From Malacoraja senta (lineage: Eukaryota): 64,000 nucleotides of DNA. Location of the stretch: contig CM075978.1 in assembly GCA_038087875.1 (NCBI GenBank), forward strand, positions 120,218,001-120,282,000. The letters run 5' to 3'. Position numbers and translations under genes: made by a program. Positions 25,327-36,983 of this stretch are shown one piece after another. The notes under the pieces are model-generated. The model was not told the origin of the DNA and ran no database searches. It saw only the letters and a program-made list of their open reading frames with translations. Each line of letters opens with the position of its first letter. Position 1 is the stretch's first letter.

Positions 25327-26717
25327 CTGAGACCAAGATAAAAAACAAGTTCAAAATGCATGGTGACTGTATTCAGTTAGGTTTAGTTTATTGTCACGTG
25401 TACCGAGGTACAATGAAAAGCTTTTGTTGCATGCTAACCAGTCAGCGGAAAAACATGATTACAATGGAGCCATTCAGTGTACAGATACACGATAAGGGAA
25501 TAACGTTTAGTGCAAAGTAAAGCCAGTAAAGTCCGATCAAAGTTGGTGATATGATGGTTCAGTTGCCTGATAACAGCTGGGAAGAAACTGTCCCTGAATC
25601 TGGAGATGTGCGTTTTCACACTTTTGTACCAATTGCCTGATGGGAGAGGGAAGGAGTGACCAGGGTGAGACTGGGCCTAGATTATGCTGCTGGTCTTGCC
25701 GAGGTAATGTGCAGTGAACCATGACACTTGTCTGTTAATTCTAATGAGAAACAAACCAAAGAGGCCTACAAGGACACAACTTGCTGCATGTTGTCCAAGA
25801 GCGTGAGAATACAAAAATACTGCCCTGAAGGGTGTAAACTGTAAGAGCTTTACGTGGGGCAAACTCCTGTTTCAGCAGTGCCCTGAAATGCCAGCGGTAA
25901 TTAACACAGAGAAACCGTTAAAATGAGTTTGGAACAGAAAAATAATTTCAATGGGCACTCATTATTTAGTTTACACGGTTCCAACATTTACAAAAGAATC
26001 AAGTTTGTTGTTATTAAAGTCAGTTTGCCTGCGATTCTAGTGTCTTCAATAATGTGTACGTGCTATGAATGTAGTGCCACTTTAACCTGGAAACAGCTCA
26101 TCTACCTCAGTCCCATGTTACAGGAATCACTCAGGTGAGGCAGGATCTGAACCTGACAATGTGCAGTTAGAAAGGCTTTTAATCTTTGATTGGTTGGCAT
26201 TGAAATGGGACAGATTTATAAGGCAGAGAAAACGAACACCTTTAAAAGAAAATGCAGCAGAGAATCACTGTTCATTCACAGTTTAAGTTTGAGTTTAGTT
26301 TATTGTCATGTGTACAGAGGTACAGTGAGACTTTTGTTGCATGCCTATCAGTCAGCCGAAAGACTACATGATTTACAATCGAGCCATCACTGTGTAGAGA
26401 TAAGTAAGGAATGTTGCTGTTGGAGTACAGATTTTAAAAAGTGGAGCGATTGTAATGCGTGATTGCAGATCCACTTCTGTGACTAGCACACAAAGAGTCG
26501 CCTGGATTGGGCGCTGTCACGGATCTCTCCGCTCCTGCACAAGCTCTCTTTTTTTCTCCAGAGTCTCACCTTGTTGAAGGTTTTGGAGACAATCATTAGG
26601 GACCCTCATTCAGCACACAAATCCCTAACGTCACCCAGCTTCCTCGCCAAACATGTCAGCTGATGCAAAGCTTTGGTGCATTGAACCAAGCCAAAGTGTC
26701 AACCTTCATTAAACAAC

Positions 26718-26953
26718 CCAGGGAAAAGACTCACAATGTACTGGAGTAACTCAGCGGGTCAGGTAGCATCTCTGGAGAAAAAGGATGGATGGCGTTTTGG
26801 ATAGGAACCTTTCTTCAGAAACCAACCCAAAACGTCACCCATCCTTTTTCTCCAGAGATGCTGCCTGACCCGCTGAGTTACTCCAGTACTTTGTGTCTAT
26901 CTTCGGTATAAACCAGCATCTCCAGTTCCTTTATTCACACCAGGGAAGAGACT
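26718..26953. mobile_element. Penelope-derived fold-back short element (representative of >15 copies)
   Basis: ~73-bp inverted arms (26727-26800/26826-26898) flanked by a 14-bp duplication ccagggaa(a/g)agact. Similar elements lie at ~4760, 14660, 20280, 39110, 46520, 46740, 47620 and 59935. Confidence 0.75.
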
Positions 26954-27232
26954 AGGCTCAATTATTGCTTTAGCTAAGGTTCTCTTGACTATTGGTTAGT
27001 CCTGGACATTAACTGAAGCATCTTAAGGTAACATTTTCTATGTAAACATTTTCTGAATTGAGACAGCAAGTTTTAATCATTCAGTGAAAAGGCCTTTCAC
27101 TGAGAAAGCATTCCTTTAACAGCTCAATACCAATCAATGGAAGAGGGAATCAAAGTGTTCTTCTCTGTAAAGAGGACGACAGAGGAAATGTTATTTAAAT
27201 CAGTATGACTGGTGGGTATTTGAATTACTTAC

Positions 27233-27349
27233 TCTGTGAAGTTCTACACCAAAATATCTAACCAGGTTTGGGTGTTTGATACCTTCAAAAATTTTCAATT
27301 CATCTGCTGTCTCCTTGATTGTTTTGTGATCATTTGGCTGGAATCTGAT
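27233..27349 (-). CDS. MAP3K4: MAP3K4 exon 11/16, 117 nt
   Basis: ttatag|IRFQPNDHKTIKETADELKIFEGIKHPNLVRYFGVELHR|gtaagt; phase 0-0. Confidence 0.97.
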
Positions 27350-28449
27350 CTATAAAGGACAGCAAACCATAATCTTAGCATTCAAAGAAGAAAAAAAGTT
27401 GCATTTTACCAACAAACAATTTTATTCAGTGTATTTCGTGCTGTAATGGAAATTGACACCAATAATTGGAGAGATAAAGATGGTCGGGGGATGTTGCAGA
27501 GCCCATGGAGGGGCAATTCAGGATTGTGCAAGAGGCCAACTTTGCAGAGGGTTTCAGAGGCTTCAGCAGCCGAGATACGGAGGGTGAAACCCAGAGAACA
27601 AAGACCCAATGTAAGGCAGGGAGCAAAGGGATCAGTGCATGATCTTGAACTGGTGCATGTGGATGCTAGCAGCAGAGATTAGAATAAGCTCAAGAGTGCA
27701 GAGGCCAAGATGGGAAGCCAGCTAGGAGCATACATGGCAACACACGTGGGTGCAGCAGAGCAGCTGTGCACCGGATCCAGAGAACAGCCAGAGGACCCCA
27801 AAGGATTAGAAAAGTTGACATCATTGCAAAAGAATAAGGTGCTTTTAGGTTCCAGCTGGAAATGTTTTCAATTCTCACACATTTCAGAAAATAGTAATTT
27901 CAATGCAGATTCATTGATGAGTCATAGAGTCATACAGCAACGAAACAAGATTTTTGGCCCAACTTGCTCAGGCTGACCAAGATGCCCCATCTACACTTCT
28001 TCCTCCTGCCCTCCTTTGACCCATATCCCTCTAAACCTTTTCTATTCATGTACCAGTCCAAATATCCTCTGGCAGCTTGTTCCATATAGCCACCACCACA
28101 AACATAATCCATTTCTTAGAGACTTTCGGACAGGCACATGGTTATGCAAGGAATGGAGGCATATGGATTATGTGCAGGCAGATAAGAGTTGGTCATGGCA
28201 TCATGGACAGCAGAGACATTATGGGTCAAAGGGCCTGTTCCTGTGCTGTACTGTTCTATGTTAAAGCGTCAAGCAGGAATATATATTTGAATATTTTCTG
28301 TATTAGCATGTTGTTATTTGATCATTAAACAGCAGGTAGAGGGGTTTGTTTCTTCTGCGGTGCTTCATCCTATCCTAACTCAGCATACAAGAAACACTGT
28401 GTTTGCAGCCATGTTGAGAGTACTTTCCCCGAATACAAAAGGCACTTAC

Positions 28450-28520
28450 TTCCTTCATTGCCATGAGCTCTCCGGTGTCTATATTTATACACGTGTACAC
28501 TTTTCCATACTGTCCTTCTC
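28450..28520 (-). CDS. MAP3K4: MAP3K4 exon 10/16, 71 nt (Gly-rich loop, catalytic Lys)
   Basis: ctgcag|GEGQYGKVYTCINIDTGELMAMKE|gtaagt; phase 1-0. Confidence 0.97.
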
Positions 28521-28791
28521 CTGCAGAAACAAAGTGTTGCCATTTAGTGGGCTTTCACCGAGAAAGAAGCTCCCATCATTACGCAGATGCAGATTCCACC
28601 AAAGATGGAACATAATGGTCCCCTGTCCCATTAGTGTGGAATAAGTCACCATTTTATTCAAAGCAAAACCAAAATATATTTAGTTTACATGGACATCAAC
28701 TTGACATTAATCAGGGAGTCTACACTAACTATTCATAGAACAATACAGCAATGGAACGGGCCCTTCGGCCCACAATGTCCATGCAGAACAT

Positions 28792-29190
28792 GTAGTAGTA
28801 GGCCCTGCTCGGTCATGACTGACCATGGGTGATGCATCCTGGTCGGATGTAAGCCTGGGCGATGTCATATGGAGGACAGGCTGTTGCCCAAGCAGCACGT
28901 CCCCCCTCTCCACGTCGCTGATCGATCCAAAGGAACAGCAGTGCCGTTACAGTTTGGCACCAGTGCCGTCGCAGGAGCTGCCAGAGCGAGGTTGTAGACA
29001 ACAACGAACTGCCTTAGGGGCTCCGACTCTAGAATTTCTTGAGGTTTACAAGGCAGTGGAGGTTTTAAATCAGAGTTTTCCCTCTCATAGATGGACTGCC
29101 TTCCCAGGCTGACGAGCCCCATCTGCCCGAGACTCGTGGGGGCGGAGCGCCTACCTTCCGTGCAGGTCTATAGCACCTGCCCACTGCCCA
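28792..29190 (-). mobile_element. Short GC-rich non-autonomous element, probably RTE 5'UTR-derived, with (CTA)n tail
   Basis: Interrupts a CR1-type tail with duplicated aacatg flanks. Minus-strand gctcgtcagcctgg..aggcag.ccatcta..agagggaaaactctgattt resembles RTE 5' UTRs as remembered. Ends ctactacta. Confidence 0.5.
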
Positions 29191-29544
29191 GATAACATGA
29201 TTTCAAATCAAATTAATCTCATCTGCCCACTCGTGATCCATTCCTGCATGGCATCTTTCCTATAGCAGGTGACCAAAACCAAACGTATAACTCCAAATGC
29301 AGCCAATGTCTTGTCCAACTGTAACATAACGCCCAAATTTTCTATACACAATTCCCTGACTGATGAAGGTCAATGTACCAAAAGTTCAGTTCTTTCCCAA
29401 TCAAATGCTTTAAGAGCTATTATTTTTGTTATATTATATAAGCATAAGGAAACCTTGGAATTATGCAAGCAGAACCAATAAGTGTCTGATATATTGTTCG
29501 AATCCTCCTGCCAATTATAATCGTCCTTGGAAATTACAGTAGTT

Positions 29545-30360
29545 TGACATGTGAGGTTATCCACTTTGGTGGCAAAAACAGGAAAGCAGACTATTATCTA
29601 AATGGTGGCCGATTAGGAAAAGGGGAGATGCAGCGAGACCTGGGTGTCATGGTACACCAGTCATTGAAAGTAGGCATGCAGGTGCAGCAGGCAGTGAAGA
29701 AAGCGAATGGTATGTTAGCTTTCATAGCAAAAGGATTTGAGTATGGGAGCAGGGAGGTTCTACTGCAGTTGTACAGGGTCTTGGTGAGACCACACCTGGA
29801 GTATTGGCGTACAGTTTTGGTCTCCAAATCTGAGGAAGGACATTATAGCCATAGAGGGAGTGCAGAGAAGGTTCACCAGACTGATTCCTGGGATGTCAGG
29901 ACTTTCATATGAAGAAAGACTGGATAGACTTGGCTTATACTCGCTAGAATTTAGGAGATTGAGAGGGGGATCTTATAGAAACCTACAAAATTCTTATGGG
30001 GTTGGACAGGGCTAGGTGCAGGAAGATTGTTCCCGATGTTGGGGAAGTCCAGGACAAGGGGTCACAGCTTAAGGATAAGGGGGAAATCCTTTAAGACCGA
30101 GATGAGAAAAAACTTTTTCACACAGAGAGTGGTGAAATCTCTGGAACTCTCTGCCACAGAGGGTAGTTGAGGCCAGTTCATTGGCTATATTTAAGAGGGA
30201 GTTAGATGTGGCCCTTGTGGCTAAAGGGATCAGGGGGTATGGGAGAGAAGGCAGGTACGGGATACTGAGTTGGATGATCAGCCATGATCATATTGAATGG
30301 CGGTGCAGGCTCGAAGGGCCGAATGGCCTACTCCTGCACCTATTTTCTATGTATCTATGT
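29545..30360 (+). mobile_element. CR1 LINE 3' fragment (young subfamily)
   Basis: CEVIHFG...QRDLGV.VH.SLK...KKANGMLAFI through an intact 3' UTR. Confidence 0.92.
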
Positions 30361-31656
30361 GCTGAATTCACAGGGTCAATGCAAATTAAATGAACTAGCT
30401 GCTAATGGGAACAGCTTCTCCCTATCTGTGAAGTCTGGCAAGCTCAAGAGTCAAGAGTGTTTTATTGTCATATGTCCCGGACGGGACAATGAAACGCCTG
30501 CCTCAGGAACGCCTGACGCATATCTACAGCCCAGTATCCCTCTGGCAAGAGAATCACAGGTCCGATAATGACCTTTATCAAGCCGCATCGTGCGATAAAG
30601 CAAGAGTTTCGATTTCATCATCTTTAAAACACACGATAAATAATATCAAGCAAAAGAACAAATTTAAATCTTGACAGACACAAGAATCTGCAGATGCTGG
30701 AACCCTGCGTAGAACACAAAGTGCCAGAACAACTCAATGGGTCAGGCAGCAGCTCTGAAAAACATGTATAGATGGCGTATAATAAGATTAAATAGGAATT
30801 TAAGGGCAGCTTTCGTACTCAGAGCGTGGTGGGGTATATGGAATGAGCTGGCAGAAGAGGTAGTCAAGGCAGGTAGTATAACAGCATTTAAAAAATATAT
30901 TTGGACAGGTACATGGATAGGAAAGGTTTAGAGGTATATGAGCCAAACATGAGTAAATGGGAGTAGCTCAGATGGGGCATGTTGGTTGACGGATGAGTTG
31001 AGCCGAAGGGCCTGTTTCAATGCTGTAGACTGTGACCTGAAACGTCACCTATCCATGTTCTCCAGAGATGCTGCCTGACCTGCTGAGCTACTCCAGCACT
31101 TTGTGTTCTAAACTTACATCTTGGTTTTAACAAGTGCTGTCCTAACGAAATCAACTGAGTACGAGCAATCGATAGAGAAAAAGTGAAAACAACTGGATGG
31201 TCTTGTATGTATTGAATGCAGGAAAGGCACATTGCTTTGAATAAAAAGGTCAAACATTTAACAGGTTCTGATGTAGAATTCTACATATTAGTTCAACCAG
31301 CCTTGAATCCTCAGCATTTCTTATTGGCTTCGAAGCAAATTTAGGGTAGTCAGAATCTGCTTCACTAATTTTCTGTAATTTTTTGAGGTTGTAACCAGGA
31401 TAATGGACAAGGGAGAGCCAGTGGATGTAGTGTACCTGGACATTCAGAAAGCATTTGATAAGGTCCCACATAGGAGAATAGTGCGCAAAAATTAGAGCAC
31501 ATTGTATTGGAGATAGAGTGCTGACCTGGATAGAAAATTGGTTGGTGGACAGGAAACAAAGGGTAGGAATTAACGGGTCCCTTTCAAAATGGCAGGCAGT
31601 GACTAGTGGGGTACCACAAGGCTCGATGCTGGGACCGCAGCTATTTACAATATATA

Positions 31657-33754
31657 CTAGACCAAGTGCAGACCCGCTGGGTCTGTTCCCCCAACGCGCC
31701 GTTGGGGGGGGGGGGGGGTGGCAGGTGCTGCAGCTTCACACGCACACTAACCACCCCACACACACACGGGGGAGGAGGGGAAGAGAGAGGGGGGGGAGGA
31801 GGTGGGGAGAGAGGAGGGGGGAGAGAGGAGGGGGAGAGATGAGGGGGAGTGGGGAGAGAGGGATGGGGTAGAGGGTGAGGGGAGGGGGTTAGGGGAGGGG
31901 GTTAGGGGAGGGGAGAGGGGGTTGGAGGTGGTGAGAGGGGGTTGGAGGAGGTAGGAGGGGGTTGGAGGGGAGAGGGGGGTTGGAGGAGGGGAGAGAGGGG
32001 TAGGAGGGGAGAGGTGGGGGGGGGCAGAGGGGGGAGCGGGGGCAGAGGGGGAGGGGGAAGAGGGAGGGGGGGGAGGGGAGGGGAGAGGGTCCCGTCCATT
32101 CAACGCGCGGTTGCGGGGTGGGGGAGGTTGCGTCGTCACACACACTAACCACCACCCCCCACACACACACTAACCACCACACCCCCACACACTCACACTA
32201 ACCCCCACCCCCCTCACACTAACCACCCCCCCACACACACACTAACCACCACCCCCCCAACACACACTAACCACCCCCCCAACACACACACTAACCACCC
32301 CCCAACACACACACACTAACCATTCCCCCAACACACACACACACTAACCACCCCCCTTGATATTATATTAATATTATTCATTGGCTCCTTTTACCCCACC
32401 CCCACCCTATCTCGAGGGGCAAAGAAGTGGAGCAGAGAAGAGTGAGAGGGAGAGGGGGAGGGAGGGGGGAAGGGAGATGAGGGGAGAGAGTTGGGGTGGA
32501 GATGCGGATGGAGAAGGGGTGGAGAGGCAGGAAGAGGATGGGGAGAGGGGGAGTTGGAGAGGGGGGATGGGGAGAGAGTGGGGACGGGAGGGGGGGAGGG
32601 AGAAGAGGGGGAAATGGAGAGGTGGGGAGAGGGGAGAGAGTGGGGAGGGGGGTGGGGAGAGAGTGGGGAGGGGGAGGGGAGGGAAGGGAGGGGGAAGGGA
32701 GAGGGGGATGAGGATGGGGGGAGGGGAGGAGAGTGGGGAGGGTGAAGAGGGAGACAGGGGTAGGTGGTAGGGGGAGGGGGTAGGGTGGGTGAGGGGGGTA
32801 GAGAGGGGTGGGGGAAGGGGAGGGGAGAGGAGAGGGGAGGTGAGAGAAGNNNNNNNNNNNNNNNNNNNNNNNNNNNNNNNNNNNNNNNNNNNNNNNNNNN
32901 NNNNNNNNNNNNNNNNNNNNNNNNNNNNNNNNNNNNNNNNNNNNNNNNNNNNNNNNNNNNNNNNNNNNNNNNNNNNNNNNNNNNNNNNNNNNNNNNNNNN
33001 NNNNNNNNNNNNNNNNNNGAGGAAGGGGTAGAGAGAAGGGGGAGTGGGGGAAAGGCACGGGGTTGGAAGGGTGGGAGGGAGGGGGAGAGATCTCCCACCC
33101 CTGTCCCATTGTGATATCATATGTAATTGAGTTCCATTGTGATTGTACATCTGTGAGATGGCATTGTGACTCATGCAGCTGTTTGATTTTAGTGGGGACC
33201 ACGTGAAGGTTCCAATCTCCCACCCCTGTCCCATTGTGATGTCATATCATATGGAAATGAGATCCATTGTGATTGGACATCTGTGAGGTGGCACTGACTC
33301 ATGCAGCAATTTGATTTTTTTAAATGTTTTGTGAACAATGTTATTCAAATCTGGGGGGGGAGAGGGATGGGGTGGAGGGAAGGGGGTTTAGGGGAGGGTA
33401 GTGTGGGGGAGGGGCAGGGGGTGTGGGGAGAGGAAAGGGGAGAGAGAGAGGAAGGGGAGAGAGAGGGAGGGGAGAGAGAGAGAGGGGGGGAGAGAGAGAG
33501 GGGGGAGAGAGAGAGAGGGGAGAGCGAGAGATGGGGAGAGAGAGAGATGGGGAGAGAGAGATGGGGGAGAGAGAGAGGGGGAGAGACAGGGAGCGAAATG
33601 CAACCGTGCGTCACGCGTTCAGAATGTTCTGGAAATGAAGCGTGCGCGTCTCATGCACAAAAGCTGTCGGCAGCTCTATGGAATTCAGGGGAGAAGCCCG
33701 CCGCGCCACGCACACACACTAACCACACCCCACCACACACACTAACCACCCCCC

Positions 33755-33790
<36 letters not shown>

Positions 33791-35755
33791 GCGGGTCCGA
33801 TCTAAGCTGTCAATGAAGACAGCAAATTTTTTTTTTTTAGTCTTTGAAATTAAAAGTTAATAAGATTTAGTGATGTTAAGTGAGAAATAATTAAATTCAA
33901 TTCAATGAAAAACAATGGAATCAACAACCTGGGAGGCTTGGGCGGGCCAGCAGGCAGGCTGGGGGGGGCAGGGCCGGGCGGGACCAGGAGGCAGTTGGGA
34001 CAGGTGCAAAGGCATTGTGAGGTCAGCAGCTGGGCAAACTTAATATTTATTTAATATGTCAGTTTGGTTATACATTTTAGTAAATATCTCGGGAAATAAT
34101 CGACCAAATTTAGAGGATTGGATTTTTGAAATCATAAGGAAATTTTCTACCAGAAGATGTAAAAATTTCACTGTTATTGTAACGTCAGCAGCTGGGCAGC
34201 GGTCAGATTTAAAAAAAGGTCAGATTGGTGAACAATTTTAATTTAAAAATGCAGGAAAATAATGTACCAAAGGAAAATCTCTACTGAAATAAGTAAACAT
34301 TTCCCTGTTTCGGCATCTGGTTTTCGAGGAGATACGTTTCAAAGGCACAGTTTTAATAGATACTAGGCCAAATGCAGACCCGTTGGGTCTGTTCCCCCAA
34401 CGCGCGTTTGCGGGAGGGGGGGGCGGGGCGGCACACACACACACTAACTACCCCCCTTGATATTATATTAATATTATTAATTTGCTCCTTTTACCCCATA
34501 ACCGCTCTATCCACTGATGCATAACCCCCAACTCGTAGGCGCGTCTAGAGAGGGAGGGGGGGGGGGTAGAGAGTGAGGGCAGAGCGAGAATGGGGAGAGA
34601 CAGGGACAGAAGGGCAAGACAGAGGGAGAGGGGTGGTGATGGAGAGGAGGGGAGTGAGGGTGGGTGAGGGGATTTAGGGGAGGGAGGGTGGGGGAGGGCA
34701 GGGGGTTGGGGGAGAGGACGGGGAGAGAGAGAGGCGGGAGGGGAGGAAGAGAGGGGAGAGAGGAGAGAGAGGGGGAAGAGAGAGAGAGGGGGGAGAGAGA
34801 GGGGGGTGGGAGAGAGAGGTGGGTAGGGAGACGAGAGGGGGAGAAGGGAGGCAGAGAGGGGGGAGAGAGAGAGGGGGAGAGAGAGAGAGAGGGGAGAGAG
34901 AGATGAGAGAGAGGGGGAGAGAGGGAGGGAGAGGGGCGGGGCGGCAGCCCGAGCGAGGCACGGAGCGATCTGTAGACGGTGAAAAGCAGCGGGGGGACCA
35001 GCCGATCGTGGCTTTCTGCCAGCGTGACAGAGCCGAGCCGGGCCGGGCCGAGTGGCAGACGGGTAGAGAGCAAAGATCCTATAGCGGTATAGGATCTTTG
35101 GTAGAGAGGAGAGGGGAGAGAGGGAGGAAGGAGAGGGGAGGAGGTGAGAAGAGGAGGGGGGGGTGGAGGGGAGCTGGGCGAGTGAGTGGGCTGTCAAATG
35201 GGGAGAGAGAAGCGGCTTCTGACTCTGGAAACCCACAGCTGGAATGAGCGCTGGTGGGCGGGGCTTCACGAGCTGCGCCGACAGTGAGGAGAAGGTTCAG
35301 TGCGTGAGGCGCCGCTGCCCAAGGTTCAGTGCGTGAGGCGCCGCTGCCCCGAGATCTGCAGAACAAAGATCCTATAGCGGAACGGAGCTGTAGAATCTTT
35401 GTTCTGCAGAACTTTCTCGATCTTTTTGCACCTTTAATCCACAGCGGCGGGGCCAGGAGGCAGGTGGGCCAGGATTGGTGGGCATGTGGGCATTGTGACA
35501 TCAGCAGCTGGCAAGTGGCGATTATATTTTAAAAAGTGAGTTTTGTGAACAACTTTATTCAAAATCTGGGAAAATAATTGACCAAATTTGAGAGGAGTGC
35601 ATTAATTAAATCATAAGTTAAATCCCTACCGAAATTGTAAAAATCTCCGTGTTTTTCCGTCTGGTTTTCGAGGAGATACATTTCAAAGGCAAAATGACAT
35701 ACACCCACACACACACACAGAGTTTTAAAAGTATATGGATATATGTTATGTTAGA
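31657..35755 (-). mobile_element. Composite non-autonomous Helitron (two head-to-tail units: 31657-34360 and 34363-35755)
   Basis: On the minus strand it starts TC and ends CTAG, inserted between A and T with no TSD. Subterminal hairpin cagaccc-N3-gggtctg lies near each 3' CTAG. Interior is GA-rich low complexity plus a (cacacactaaccacccccc)n minisatellite. Confidence 0.88.
35071..35100. mobile_element. 30-bp TIR-only mini-MITE (P-superfamily-like ends) with 8-bp TSD
   Basis: caaagatcctata-gcgg-tataggatctttg flanked by gtagagag on both sides (35063-35070, 35101-35108); related copy at 35364-35401. Confidence 0.7.
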
Positions 35756-36791
35756 TTAATGATTTAGATGGAGGGATTAAAAGTAACATTAGCAAATTTG
35801 CAGATGACACAAAGCTGGGTGGCAGTGTGAACTGTGAGGAGGATGCACGGTGACTTGGACAGGTTGGGTGAGTGGGCAGATGCATGGCAGATGCAGTTTA
35901 TTGTGGATAAATGTGAGGTTATTCACTTTGGTGGCAAAAACAGGAAGGCAGATTATTATCTAAATGGTGTCAAGTTGGGAAAAGGGGAAGTACAACGGGA
36001 TCTGGGGGTTCTTGTTCATCAGTCATTGAAAGTAAGCATGCAGGTACAGCAGGCAGTGAAGAAAGCGAATGGCATGTTGGCCTTCATAACACGAGGAGTT
36101 GAGTATATGAGCAAAGAGGTCCTCCTACAGTTGTACAAGGCCCTACTGAGACCACACCAGCAGTATTGTGTGCAGTTTGTCTCCAAACTTGAGGAAGGAC
36201 ATTCTTGCTATTGAGGGAGTGCAGCGTTAATCCCCGGGATGGTGGGACTGTCATATGTTGATAGATTGGAGTGGCTGGGCTTGTGTACTCTGGACTTTAG
36301 AAGGAGAGGGGATCTGAGTGAAACATATAAGATTATTAAGGGTTTGGACACGCCAGAGGCAGGAAACATGTTCCCAATGTTGGGGAAGTCCAGTACCAGG
36401 AGCCATAGTTTAAGAATAAGTGGTAAGCCATTTTGAACAGAGATGAGGAAAAACCTTTTCACCCAGAGAGTTGTGAGTGTGTGGAATTCTCTGCCTCAGA
36501 GGGCGGTGGAGGCTAGTTCTCTAGATGCTTTCAAGAGAGAGTTAGATAGAGCTCTTAGGGATAGCGGAGTTAAGAGCTATGGAGAGAAGGCAGGAACGGG
36601 GTACTGATTGTGGTTTTTGTTCTGTACTGTTCAATGATCTATCAGAGAGCTTGCACCATAACCACTGTTTGCATCCAAAGCCCAAGAGGAAAAGAAAAAC
36701 AGATTGATAAGGTTTCTCCTGTAACACAAGTACTGCACATGAAGCTATGCAACTTTAAACTTGGATTTTAAATCTTTAACTCCAAAGTTAC

Positions 36792-36983
36792 CTATTTTGT
36801 TTCCTCTTTGCCATTTAAACGTCACTTTTCTTAATCCAACTTGCATGACATTGTCATAAGATTTAGGAATGTCGCAGATTTGACCGATTATATTTCTTTG
36901 CTTCATTTGACAGTTCTGTTGCTCTTCAAAGGACTTGATGCACTTCCGTACAGCATCAATTCGACTCTGCTTGGTGGCTATGT
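36792..36983 (-). CDS. MAP3K4: MAP3K4 exon 9/16, 192 nt (CRIB-like region and start of kinase domain)
   Basis: tctcag|DIATKQSRIDAVRK...NIIGQICDIPKSYDNVMQVGLRKVTFKWQRGNKIG|gtaact; phase 1-1. Confidence 0.96.

Larger units (their letters stand above)
31367..36612 (+). mobile_element. CR1 LINE RT fragment split by a Helitron insertion (parts 31367-31656 and 35756-36612)
   Basis: VDVVYLD.QKAFDKVPH...SGVPQGSMLGPQLFTIY resumes exactly as INDLD..SKFADDTK after the insert. Confidence 0.92.

Noticed and set aside
29090-29155. CTGACGA followed by a stem, suggesting a hammerhead or HDV-like ribozyme
   Set aside because: No GAAA after the stem, and I could not build a convincing HDV double pseudoknot by eye.
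32137-32356. Regularly spaced repeats resembling a CRISPR array
   Set aside because: Minisatellite without unique spacers in eukaryotic DNA; no cas genes.
31747-35269. Many long Pro/Gly/Glu/Arg-rich ORFs, and X-filled ORFs here and at 41271-44921
   Set aside because: Products of GA/CT low-complexity tracts and N gaps that lack stop codons; no domain or splice support.
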